Shown here: positions 1 to 7,052 of the stretch, piece by piece
How the letters are laid out: the number at the start of each line of letters is the position of its first letter
How positions within the stretch are numbered: position 1 is the first letter of the stretch
Source of the DNA: Planctomycetales bacterium
GTDB lineage: Bacteria; 4484-113
DNA: 31,585 nucleotides
Reading direction: 5' to 3'
Assembly (NCBI GenBank): GCA_037445915.1
Contig: JBBIJQ010000017.1
Coordinates: 4,086-35,670, forward strand
The notes under the pieces: model-generated
What the model saw: only the letters and a program-made list of their open reading frames with translations
What the model was told of the DNA's origin: nothing
The model's database searches: none
Made by a program: the position numbers and the translations under genes

Positions 1-728
1 GGCTCATGCTTATTCACGATGGCGGGGTTCACGTAGAGGAAAGCGCTGCCAAGCGGCGAGAGCATCCACTTCTCCCCGCCGACTGCGAGGAAGTCTATCG
101 CGAGTTCCTTTGGATACATGGGCACCGCGCCGACGCCCTGGATGCCGTCCACGACGAGGTAGAAGCCGCGCTTGCGCTTCTCCTCCGACAGCGCGTTTAG
201 GTCAACGCGGTAGCCCTGCAGGAAGCTCACCCACGACACTCCCACTATGCGCGTCTTGGGCGTGATAGCCGAGATAATGAGCTTCGTCGCGTCCTGGCCG
301 TGCGGTATCGGCACTTCCTTCACTACCGCGCCCTGCGCGCAGCATCCCTGCAGCGCGTAATACAGCGCCGGGAACTCGTCGTCCAGGCACAGCACCTCGT
401 CGCCTTCTTTCAGCGGGATGGACGAGAGCGCGCGGATGAGGGCGACGGTCGTGTTGGTTAAAAGCGCGATGCTGTCCATCTTCACGCCGAGGTAGCGCGC
501 GACCGACTTGCGGCAGGCGGGGAGGAAATCCAGCCAATCCTGCGTCGCTTCAGATCCCAAACGCGACTGCGATTCGCCGAACTTGTTCATGGCGCGGCGG
601 ATAGTCTTCGTGAGCGGCCCGCAGGAGGCGTGGTTCAAGTAGGTGTATTCGCGCGTGATGTCCATCTGCGAGCGGAAGCGCTCTATGAGCTGCGCGGTCT
701 TCTCAGGCGTATGTGTCGTTTTCGGCAT
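1..728 (-). CDS. Class V PLP-dependent aminotransferase (cysteine desulfurase/selenocysteine lyase-like superfamily), 3'-truncated by window edge
   Basis: Not in the ORF track (no stop in window). Manual translation from ATG at 728 stays open to position 1: MPKTTHTPEK...YTYLNHASCGP...DEFPA...LVVDGIQGVGAVP...DFLAVGGEKWMLSPLGSAFLYV, matching class V motifs including the PLP lysine (KW). Confidence 0.88.
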   Translation of the reverse strand, partial: MPKTTHTPEKTAQLIERFRSQMDITREYTYLNHASCGPLTKTIRRAMNKFGESQSRLGSEATQDWLDFLPACRKSVARYLGVKMDSIALLTNTTVALIRALSSIPLKEGDEVLCLDDEFPALYYALQGCCAQGAVVKEVPIPHGQDATKLIISAITPKTRIVGVSWVSFLQGYRVDLNALSEEKRKRGFYLVVDGIQGVGAVPMYPKELAIDFLAVGGEKWMLSPLGSAFLYVNPAIVNKHE

Positions 729-734
729 TCGGGG

Positions 735-743
735 ATTGTAGCA
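735..743 (-). promoter_or_regulatory. Extended -10 promoter (TGcTACAAT), probably leaderless transcript
   Basis: Minus strand reads TGCTACAAT-ccccga-ATG: 6 nt from the hexamer to the start codon, no Shine-Dalgarno. Confidence 0.6.
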
Positions 744-860
744 CCATATTAGTAGCAAGGAGCGAGTAGCAAGTAGCGTGGAAGTAGGATTCCAGAGGGG
801 TAGAACGTAGATGGGTAGGACGTAGAACGGGGATGACGGGTAGGCTGGACTGACTAGCCC
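738..860. repeat. Degenerate GTAG-core short repeats, roughly 7-bp period
   Basis: GTAG at 738, 752, 766, 773, 784, 800, 807, 815, 822, 840 (units such as GTAGCAA, GTAGCGT, GTAGAAC, GTAGGAC). Confidence 0.6.
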
Positions 861-884
861 GGCGGTATATCCATAGCTATAAGG

Positions 885-1781
885 CTAGTTAACCTGTGCA
901 AAAATCATCAGATACAGAAGTAAGAAGTACCACGGGGCGATAAAAAGCAGCGCATCGATGCGGTCAAGGATGCCGCCGTGGCCGGGGAGAAGCGTTCCGA
1001 AGTCTTTGATGCCAGCCTTCCTCTTAATCGCTGAGAAAGTAATGTCGCCAAAGAAGCCGATAATGGCAAACCAGACGCAGACGAGGATTATCATTGGCCA
1101 ATAGGATAGGGCAGTTATATCGGCTAAGAAGCCGCCAACTAGCCCGTTATCAATTGAGTCTACTCTCGATACTGCAAAATGAGCGGTTAATATGAAAGCC
1201 GCCATTGCGGCGAAACCGCCGACAACGCCTTCCAGTGTCTTGTTTGGGCTGATGCGTGTGGATATTAGAGTATGCCCAAACAATTTGCCTGCCGCAACCG
1301 CGCCTGTGTCATTCGCGGCGGCAAGCCCAAGAAGCATGATTAAAGTGAATGGGCTGATGTTGCTCCAAGATGCAGCAAGGCAAAGCGGGACTGAGATTAG
1401 TATCAGGCTGTGCCAGCAGTAGTTTACGAGCCTAGCTCTTCCTTTGAGAAAGGCTCTTAGAATGGCTGCGCCTAAAAGAAGCTGCAAAATGCATGTGACT
1501 AATGCAATGGCGCTAAAGTCTAATGCATCTACGGAGTCGTGAATAACGAAACCGTTATACAGATAGCGCATAGCTACTACGCCTAGAGCCCATAACACAA
1601 TACCGTTCAAAGCGATTGCCAGTAATATACCAACGGGCTTCGCACCTACTGCCCGCCCGAGTTCATAGATGGCGAGAAGCCAGGCGAGGCCGATGAGTAT
1701 GATGGGCGCGGGGTGCGGCAGCGACAGGATGGTCAGCACGAGGGCTGCGGCGACGACGCCAGTGATGGTTCTAGTTAGCAT
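885..1781 (-). CDS. cdsA: Phosphatidate cytidylyltransferase (CDP-diacylglycerol synthase)
   Basis: Polytopic membrane protein with SPNKTLEG and KRKAGIKDFGTLLPGHGGILDRIDALL signatures. Start at ATG 1781 (MLTRTITG) preferred because the upstream ATG at 1793 overlaps a TATAAT box. Confidence 0.93.
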   Translation of the reverse strand: MLTRTITGVVAAALVLTILSLPHPAPIILIGLAWLLAIYELGRAVGAKPVGILLAIALNGIVLWALGVVAMRYLYNGFVIHDSVDALDFSAIALVTCILQLLLGAAILRAFLKGRARLVNYCWHSLILISVPLCLAASWSNISPFTLIMLLGLAAANDTGAVAAGKLFGHTLISTRISPNKTLEGVVGGFAAMAAFILTAHFAVSRVDSIDNGLVGGFLADITALSYWPMIILVCVWFAIIGFFGDITFSAIKRKAGIKDFGTLLPGHGGILDRIDALLFIAPWYFLLLYLMIFAQVN

Positions 1782-1827
1782 CCCCGTGACCATTATAGCT
1801 TGTAGCTGAATTCATATGCGTTTGCGC

Positions 1828-2997
1828 CTAAAGCTTCTTCAGCGCGCGGGAGAAGTTGTCCAGAAGCTCCTCCGTGTCCTCCACGCCGACGGCGACGCGC
1901 ACGAGGTCGCGCGTGATACCCAGCCGTTCCTGCTCCGCCTTTGGCACGATGCGGTGCGTAACCAGCGCGGGGATTTGGATGAGCGTTTCGGTGCTCCCGA
2001 GGCTCACCGCAATTCGCGCGCCTTCAACGGTGTTCACGAGCTTCTTCGCCGTCGGCATACCGCCCTTCATCAAAAACGACACTACGCCTCCGAAGCCGCG
2101 CATCTGGCGCTTGGCGAGCTTGTGGTGCGGCGAGTCGGGCAGGCCTGGGTAGTGCACCAGCTTCACCTTCTTGCTGCGCGCGAGAAGTTGGGCCAGCGCA
2201 AGACCGTTGGCGTTCTGCCTTTCCACGCGCAATGCGAGCGTCTTCAGGCTGCGCAGCACTAGCCACGCGGCGAAGGGGTCAAGGATGCCGCCGGTGATGA
2301 ACTGCGTCAGGCGCACCTTTGTCACCAGCTCACTTGAGCCGCAGACCACGCCGCCGACGACATCGCTGTGCCCGCCGAGGAACTTGGTCAAGCTGTGGAG
2401 AACGAGGTCGGCGCCCAGCGCGATGGGGTTCTGGTTGATGGGCGTGGCGAAGGTGTTGTCCACGGCGAGGACGCAGCCGTGCTTCCGGCAAAGGGCAGAG
2501 ACGGCTTTCAGGTCGGTGATGGACAGCGACGGGTTCGCGGGCGTTTCCAGGAAGAGCAGCGTGGGCGACTTGCGCATCACTTCTCGCACCTGCGCCAGGT
2601 CGGAAGTGTCCACGAAGGTGGTTTGCACTCCGAAGCGCGAAAGCAGGTCGTGGAAGACGGCATAGCTATCGCCGTAAACGGGGTAGCCGCAGGCAACCTG
2701 GCATCCTGCCTGCGTGAAAGTCAGCGCGACGGCTGTGATGGCTGCCATGCCAGAGCCGAAGGCTAACCCGTCCACCGCGCCTTCCATCGCCGCGATGTCC
2801 AGTTCCAGCTTGCGCTGAGTGGGATTGCCGCCGCGCGTGTAAACGTAGGTCAGCGCGTCCACGCTGGGCGGAAAGGCAGGGCCGCTTTCAATCTGGCCAA
2901 CCAAATCTTCCACCTTTGCAAAGTCAAAAACCGCGCCTTGGTAGAGCGGCGGCACGGTTATGCGGTGCGTATAACTTGCAGGTTTGCCTTTAGCCAA
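1828..2997 (-). CDS. Trans-sulfuration family PLP enzyme (cystathionine gamma-lyase/synthase or methionine gamma-lyase)
   Basis: YTRGGNPT, FGSGMAAI, ETPANP, VDNTFATP, HSLTKFLGGHSD (PLP Lys), VSLGSTETLI. Start likely TTG at 2997 with AGGAGG (3004-3009) 6 nt upstream; ORF track start is 3045. Specificity not resolvable. Confidence 0.9.
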   Translation of the reverse strand: MAKGKPASYTHRITVPPLYQGAVFDFAKVEDLVGQIESGPAFPPSVDALTYVYTRGGNPTQRKLELDIAAMEGAVDGLAFGSGMAAITAVALTFTQAGCQVACGYPVYGDSYAVFHDLLSRFGVQTTFVDTSDLAQVREVMRKSPTLLFLETPANPSLSITDLKAVSALCRKHGCVLAVDNTFATPINQNPIALGADLVLHSLTKFLGGHSDVVGGVVCGSSELVTKVRLTQFITGGILDPFAAWLVLRSLKTLALRVERQNANGLALAQLLARSKKVKLVHYPGLPDSPHHKLAKRQMRGFGGVVSFLMKGGMPTAKKLVNTVEGARIAVSLGSTETLIQIPALVTHRIVPKAEQERLGITRDLVRVAVGVEDTEELLDNFSRALKKL

Positions 2998-3073
2998 TGT
3001 AATCCTCCTGACTGCGATGGGCGCAGGCGCCCGCTGCTGGAACATTGCGCCTAAAATCGCGTCCTAAAGGTGG

Positions 3074-3082
3074 ATTCTAGCA
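3074..3082 (-). promoter_or_regulatory. Extended -10 promoter (TGcTAGAAT) for the trans-sulfuration gene
   Basis: Minus strand TGCTAGAAT, about 75 nt upstream of the TTG start; back-to-back with the plus-strand promoter at 3114. Confidence 0.5.
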
Positions 3083-3113
3083 GACCGCAGGCCATCCGAG
3101 GCGCTAATACGGA

Positions 3114-3122
3114 TGATATAAT
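3114..3122 (+). promoter_or_regulatory. Extended -10 promoter (TGaTATAAT) for the lptC-like operon
   Basis: Perfect TGnTATAAT, 10 nt upstream of an in-frame GTG at 3133. Confidence 0.6.
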
Positions 3123-3132
3123 CGGAACCGTC

Positions 3133-4800
3133 GTGAACCTCCCTAACGGCAGAGAACGGTATATGATGATGGAGCGCAGGCGCGCGCGCCAGCGGCTTAT
3201 CATTTCGCTGCTGGGAGTCGTCGCGTTCCTCGTCTTCGTGCGCGTTGTTATGGTGCAAAGCAACCGCGAAGTCAAAGACATCCTGGATAAGCAGGCTGCC
3301 GAGCGTTCCACGCTTGAACTGCGCAAGCCGAAGATGAAGGGCTTTGGAACAGAAGGCCAGAAAGTATGGGAGATTGAAGCCGAACACCTAACCGTTGATG
3401 AAACAAGCAACCTTGTCACCTTCCTTAATACTACCGCCGTGTTTTACGACAAAGGCGAAGAAAGCCTGCGGGCGAAAGTCGGGAAGCTTGAATATAGCCG
3501 CGACACCCGCAACATGGAGCTAACCAGCGGGATTGAGATGCAAACGGTGGACAAGATTGACGTACTGACGAAGCGTGTCATTTGGCTTGATTACTACCAG
3601 CGCTTCATCTTTCCAGATGGCGCCAAACTGATAACCGAAGAAAGTAACTACATCAAGTCCGATTATATGCAGTCCGACCGCAAACTTGACCACCTGGAAG
3701 CGGTCGGGCACGTTTTCGTCTGGGTGCGCGAGATGAAAGACGAGCGGCTTATCCGCAAGCACGATCTAGCGCGTGGCGACATCAAGCTTGAGGAGTTTAA
3801 GGATGTTACCATCTCCGCGGAGAAGGTGCTCTTTGACCGCGAAAAGCAGGTCGTCGTTGCGACTTCGCGCCTCTACAACCGCCCGTTCCGCGTGATGTCG
3901 CCCGACGGAGAAGAAATAAAAATTGAGAAGTACCAGAAGAAGGTGTCGCCCGTCTTTTTCAGGAAAAAAGAAATTGAGGTGTTCACCAACCACCTTGAAG
4001 TCCATCTTGACCAGAAATACGCCAGCGCCAAAGGCAACATACGGGGGATTATCTACCCTAGCCGTGGCAGCGCGAACGATGACAAGGCGCTTCAAGTAAT
4101 GCGCAAAGAGCGCACTTGGTTCAAGACTGATGAAGCCGACTATTACTGGGGCGATGATTACGTGCGCACGTTTGCGCCGACCACGGTCGTGCAAAACGAG
4201 CGGCTGGCGAAGGCAAACAGCATCACTTACTTCGGCAAATATGAGGAATCCGGCAAGCCTGGCTACCAGCGCGCGATGTTCATTGAAGGCGGCGTGCAGG
4301 TCTGGCAGCGCAGCGGGAAATGGATGTTTGATAACAAACTTCTTGAGGAAGTCAAGGAGCAGGAGCTGCGCAAGATATTGCAGGAAGAAGCCGGCCTCAA
4401 GTCCGACAAGATGGTCGCGATGCTTAACCGCGCGGATTTCCACGCGCAGGGAAATGTGGAAACCATTCAGAACAACCGGCGAGTGCGCGCAGACGAAATC
4501 CTTTACGCTGACTTGGATAAGAAGTTCATAGCCAACGGAAATGCGCATTTCGTAGATAAGGAAGCGCAGGAGTTTTACGGCCAGCAGATAATCTATTTTT
4601 CCAACAGCGAAGACATTGAAATCAACGGTTCCGGCACCGCGACCATCAAGATTCCCGAAAAATACCGCAAGGACATTGACCGCGCGCTAGAGCGCGTGAA
4701 GGGCAAGAAGCCGCTGCAGGAAACGGAGAAGGTGGCGACAGGAGGAGAAGCCGTTGATACATCGTTGCGGACCGCAAAGGTGGAGGCGGCTGACAAGTGA
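3133..4800 (+). CDS. lptC: Elongated LptC-like protein: N-terminal membrane anchor, LptC domain and additional OstA-type beta-jellyroll repeats
   Basis: Basic N-terminus plus one TM helix (LIISLLGVVAFLVFVRVVMV), then LptC-like GQKVWEIEAEHL...LRAKVGKLEY...MELTSGIEM and repeated AxGNV / ADxIxY strands. Start GTG 3133 or ATG 3163; the track start at 3070 lies upstream of the promoter. Confidence 0.72.
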   Translation: MNLPNGRERYMMMERRRARQRLIISLLGVVAFLVFVRVVMVQSNREVKDILDKQAAERSTLELRKPKMKGFGTEGQKVWEIEAEHLTVDETSNLVTFLNTTAVFYDKGEESLRAKVGKLEYSRDTRNMELTSGIEMQTVDKIDVLTKRVIWLDYYQRFIFPDGAKLITEESNYIKSDYMQSDRKLDHLEAVGHVFVWVREMKDERLIRKHDLARGDIKLEEFKDVTISAEKVLFDREKQVVVATSRLYNRPFRVMSPDGEEIKIEKYQKKVSPVFFRKKEIEVFTNHLEVHLDQKYASAKGNIRGIIYPSRGSANDDKALQVMRKERTWFKTDEADYYWGDDYVRTFAPTTVVQNERLAKANSITYFGKYEESGKPGYQRAMFIEGGVQVWQRSGKWMFDNKLLEEVKEQELRKILQEEAGLKSDKMVAMLNRADFHAQGNVETIQNNRRVRADEILYADLDKKFIANGNAHFVDKEAQEFYGQQIIYFSNSEDIEINGSGTATIKIPEKYRKDIDRALERVKGKKPLQETEKVATGGEAVDTSLRTAKVEAADK

Positions 4801-6620
4801 TGCGCCTTACCCTCGCGCTGATGTTGCTCACTTTCGCGCTTGCGATCGCGGTTCCCTGCGCGTTTGCTGATTTCGGCGACTCGGTTGAAGTGAAGAGGGC
4901 TGCGCAGGATGAGACAGCGGATGCAGGCGATGCCGAGGAGGCCATAACATCATCGGCGGATATCCCCCCCGACAAACTTGTTGAGCCGTTGTCGGAAATC
5001 AAGCTGCGCAAGCAGATGACTACGCACGGAATTACATTCGCCGTCAAAGACTTCTACCAGAAGCTGCCAACGCCCGAGGAGTGGGAGCTTGTGATGGCAG
5101 CGATATTCGGCTTCAAGCCAAAGCCCCCTGCCAAGCCGCCGCCTCCGGCGAAGCAGCCTCCCGCGAAGACTCCTGAGAAGTTGAAAGACGCCGCTGTGCC
5201 GAAGGCTAAGCCTGAGTCTGAAACTGTGGAATACATGCCGATGACGACGGAAGAAGCGGTCAGCCTGGCGATGGAGATAAAGGCGGGCGACCTAACTAAC
5301 GACTTCGCGCGCATCGTTATCTCGCAAGGCCGGGTTTCCGGCAACACGAGCAAGAAGCAATACGACATCATCGGTGAGATGAGCCTCTACTACCGCGACC
5401 TAGCCGCGTCCTCCAAGCGCGGTCATATTGAGCAGGAAACTGAAACGGTGCAGCTTTCGGATTCGGTTGTCGTTGAAGACCCCAACTACAACCTTAACTG
5501 CGAAGAGCTGAACATCCACTTCAAAGAAAAGTCTTTTGACGCCAAAGTCTTCGTCAAGTTCGCGAAGCTCCACATGGGCAAGGAGCCTGTCGGCCCCGAC
5601 GTGCCTAAGCGCGAGCGCGTCATCAACATCTTCAAGAACGAGCCGACCGAGGTCTATTCCAATTTACTCTCATATAATTGGGACACCGAGGAGATGCACG
5701 CCCAGGGAGAAGTCAAGGTTGTACAGAAGTATATGAGCGCGACTATGGACTCGCTTGATTACAGCCCCGAGCGCAGGACGTATTTGATGAGTGGCAATGT
5801 GTTCATCACGCTGCTGGACACGAATTGGATATTTGAGAACCAGATTGTTGAGAAAGACGACGAGGAACTGGCGCGCGCGCTGACCGAGAAAGAAACGACA
5901 ATTGAAGCCGATAAGCTTGAGACCGGCGAAGACAGCGACGTGACCGTGCTAAAGGGCAACGCCGAGGAGCAAGCGCGACTGACGCAGGAAGATAAGGAGC
6001 TTACCGCCGACACCATAACCTTCAACGACAAGACGAAGCTCATGACTGCCGAGGGCAACGCTAGCTTCTACCAGGAAAACGGCGAGTGGCTGCGCAAGGG
6101 CAAGCTCATTGAAGGCGAGCCCGGCCCCGAAGCGAAGCGCTTCCTTGAAAACAAGGTGACAAGCAAGAGCCCGAACTTGACCTTTGACTACGACAAGCGC
6201 ATTCTACACCAGTGGGGCGGTGTGGAGGTTGACGCGGGCGACGAGAAAATCGTCGCCGACGACCTTGTTTATGAAGAGAAGGCAAAGGTGCTTACGCTTT
6301 CGGGCAATGTCGGGTACTTTCGTGGGCCCGACGAGTATCTAATCGCCGACAAAGTTATCATTGACGTCGGAAAGAACAAGTTCAAGTTCACCGGCATCAT
6401 TGAGAGCTTCCTTTTCACAAACGATGAAAGCCGCAAGAGCGCACATCCCGCGCCCGCGCCTGCAGAAGGCGAAGGCGCTGCCGGCACTGAAGGCGCAGCA
6501 GGTGAAGGTCCAGCTGGCGGCGAAACCACGTCGCCTGCCGAGGGTGGAGCTGCCACTTCTCCTGGTGAGACCGCACCTCCACCTCCGCCGCCTCCCACAG
6601 GTGGTCTCTCCGGCGGGTAG
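4797..6620 (+). CDS. Elongated periplasmic LptA/OstA-like beta-jellyroll protein with Pro-rich linker and Pro/Gly/Glu tail
   Basis: Sec signal peptide (AFA cleavage), repeats such as MHAQGEVKVVQ, LTADTITFND...AEGNA, IVADDLVYE...LSGNV; 4-nt overlap with the upstream lptC-like gene. Confidence 0.68.
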   Translation: MMRLTLALMLLTFALAIAVPCAFADFGDSVEVKRAAQDETADAGDAEEAITSSADIPPDKLVEPLSEIKLRKQMTTHGITFAVKDFYQKLPTPEEWELVMAAIFGFKPKPPAKPPPPAKQPPAKTPEKLKDAAVPKAKPESETVEYMPMTTEEAVSLAMEIKAGDLTNDFARIVISQGRVSGNTSKKQYDIIGEMSLYYRDLAASSKRGHIEQETETVQLSDSVVVEDPNYNLNCEELNIHFKEKSFDAKVFVKFAKLHMGKEPVGPDVPKRERVINIFKNEPTEVYSNLLSYNWDTEEMHAQGEVKVVQKYMSATMDSLDYSPERRTYLMSGNVFITLLDTNWIFENQIVEKDDEELARALTEKETTIEADKLETGEDSDVTVLKGNAEEQARLTQEDKELTADTITFNDKTKLMTAEGNASFYQENGEWLRKGKLIEGEPGPEAKRFLENKVTSKSPNLTFDYDKRILHQWGGVEVDAGDEKIVADDLVYEEKAKVLTLSGNVGYFRGPDEYLIADKVIIDVGKNKFKFTGIIESFLFTNDESRKSAHPAPAPAEGEGAAGTEGAAGEGPAGGETTSPAEGGAATSPGETAPPPPPPPTGGLSGG

Positions 6621-6642
6621 GGCGTTGCCTGCCAACCGCTCC
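6617..6642 (+). repeat. GTAG-type REP-like palindrome (outer left, imperfect)
   Basis: GTAG-GGCGTTG-cctgc-CAACCGC; first 8 nt GTAGGGCG are the inverted repeat of CGCCCTAC at 6982-6989. Confidence 0.45.
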
Positions 6643-6651
6643 ATTAGCTTA

Positions 6652-6660
6652 TGCTAGAAT
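6652..6660 (+). promoter_or_regulatory. Extended -10 promoter (TGcTAGAAT), probably leaderless transcript
   Basis: TGCTAGAAT-cggcgc-ATG, 6-nt spacing, no Shine-Dalgarno. Confidence 0.6.
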
Positions 6661-6666
6661 CGGCGC

Positions 6667-6852
6667 ATGTGGCCGTTTGATAACCAGTATAACCACTGGT
6701 ATCCGCTGATAATCAGTGGGTCGCTTTTGTGCGCGCTCATCGGCTGGCTCGTCGGCAACAGCAAGCGCCAGGGGTGTCTCGGCTGCACTCTCGGCTGCCT
6801 CCTCGGCCCGCTGGGGATACTCATCGCCGCGCTCTTGGGGAAGTCGGAGTAG
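6667..6852 (+). CDS. Small 2-TM membrane protein (61 aa), function unknown
   Basis: Two hydrophobic segments joined by GNSKRQG, Gly-zipper-like GCLGCTLGCLLGPLGILI; promoter at leaderless spacing supports expression. Confidence 0.75.
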   Translation: MWPFDNQYNHWYPLIISGSLLCALIGWLVGNSKRQGCLGCTLGCLLGPLGILIAALLGKSE

Positions 6853-6881
6853 TGTCCAAGCCGTAAAGCTTCTCTCCGGAC

Positions 6882-6944
6882 GGAGTCGGGACTTTCTAGT
6901 CCCGCTACCTCTTAGCTAAAACGCGACTTGAAAGTCGCGTCTCC
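6882..6944. repeat. Inverted pair of GGAG-type REP-like palindromes (REPIN-like)
   Basis: GGAG-T-CGGGACT-TTCT-AGTCCCG (6882-6904) and, on the minus strand, GGAG-A-CGCGACT-TTCA-AGTCGCG (within 6921-6944); the stems differ by a compensatory G/C swap. Confidence 0.75.
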
Positions 6945-6964
6945 ATCCTTTCAATTCATCAGAT

Positions 6965-6989
6965 GGCGCGGTACAAGTCAGCGCCCTAC
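6965..6989 (-). repeat. GTAG-type REP-like palindrome (outer right)
   Basis: Minus strand GTAG-GGCGC-tgacttgtacc-GCGCC. Confidence 0.6.
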
Positions 6990-7001
6990 ACCCAGACGCC
7001 A

Positions 7002-7010
7002 TGTTATAAT
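7002..7010 (+). promoter_or_regulatory. Extended -10 promoter (TGtTATAAT) for fixC-fixX
   Basis: Perfect TGnTATAAT 42 nt upstream of ATG 7053. Confidence 0.6.
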
Positions 7011-7052
7011 CGCGGTTCACAAAGTAATCCCTCACGAAATCATCACGAAACT

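Noticed and set aside
6..537. ORF-track entries 6..200 (+) and 202..537 (-)
   Set aside because: Shadow frames of the minus-strand class V aminotransferase starting at 728.
738..860. Possible CRISPR array
   Set aside because: The repeat unit is only 4-7 bp, with no 23-47-bp repeats, no spacers and no cas genes.
1816..6657. Long antisense or alternate-frame ORFs over the lyase and Lpt-like genes (for example 3766..4548 minus, 260 aa)
   Set aside because: Fully overlap well-supported genes, have no motifs, and are expected from GC-rich codon bias.
6963..7052. N-terminal extension of FixC in the ORF track
   Set aside because: The region contains a REP-like hairpin and a TGnTATAAT promoter; FixC homology begins after Met at 7053.
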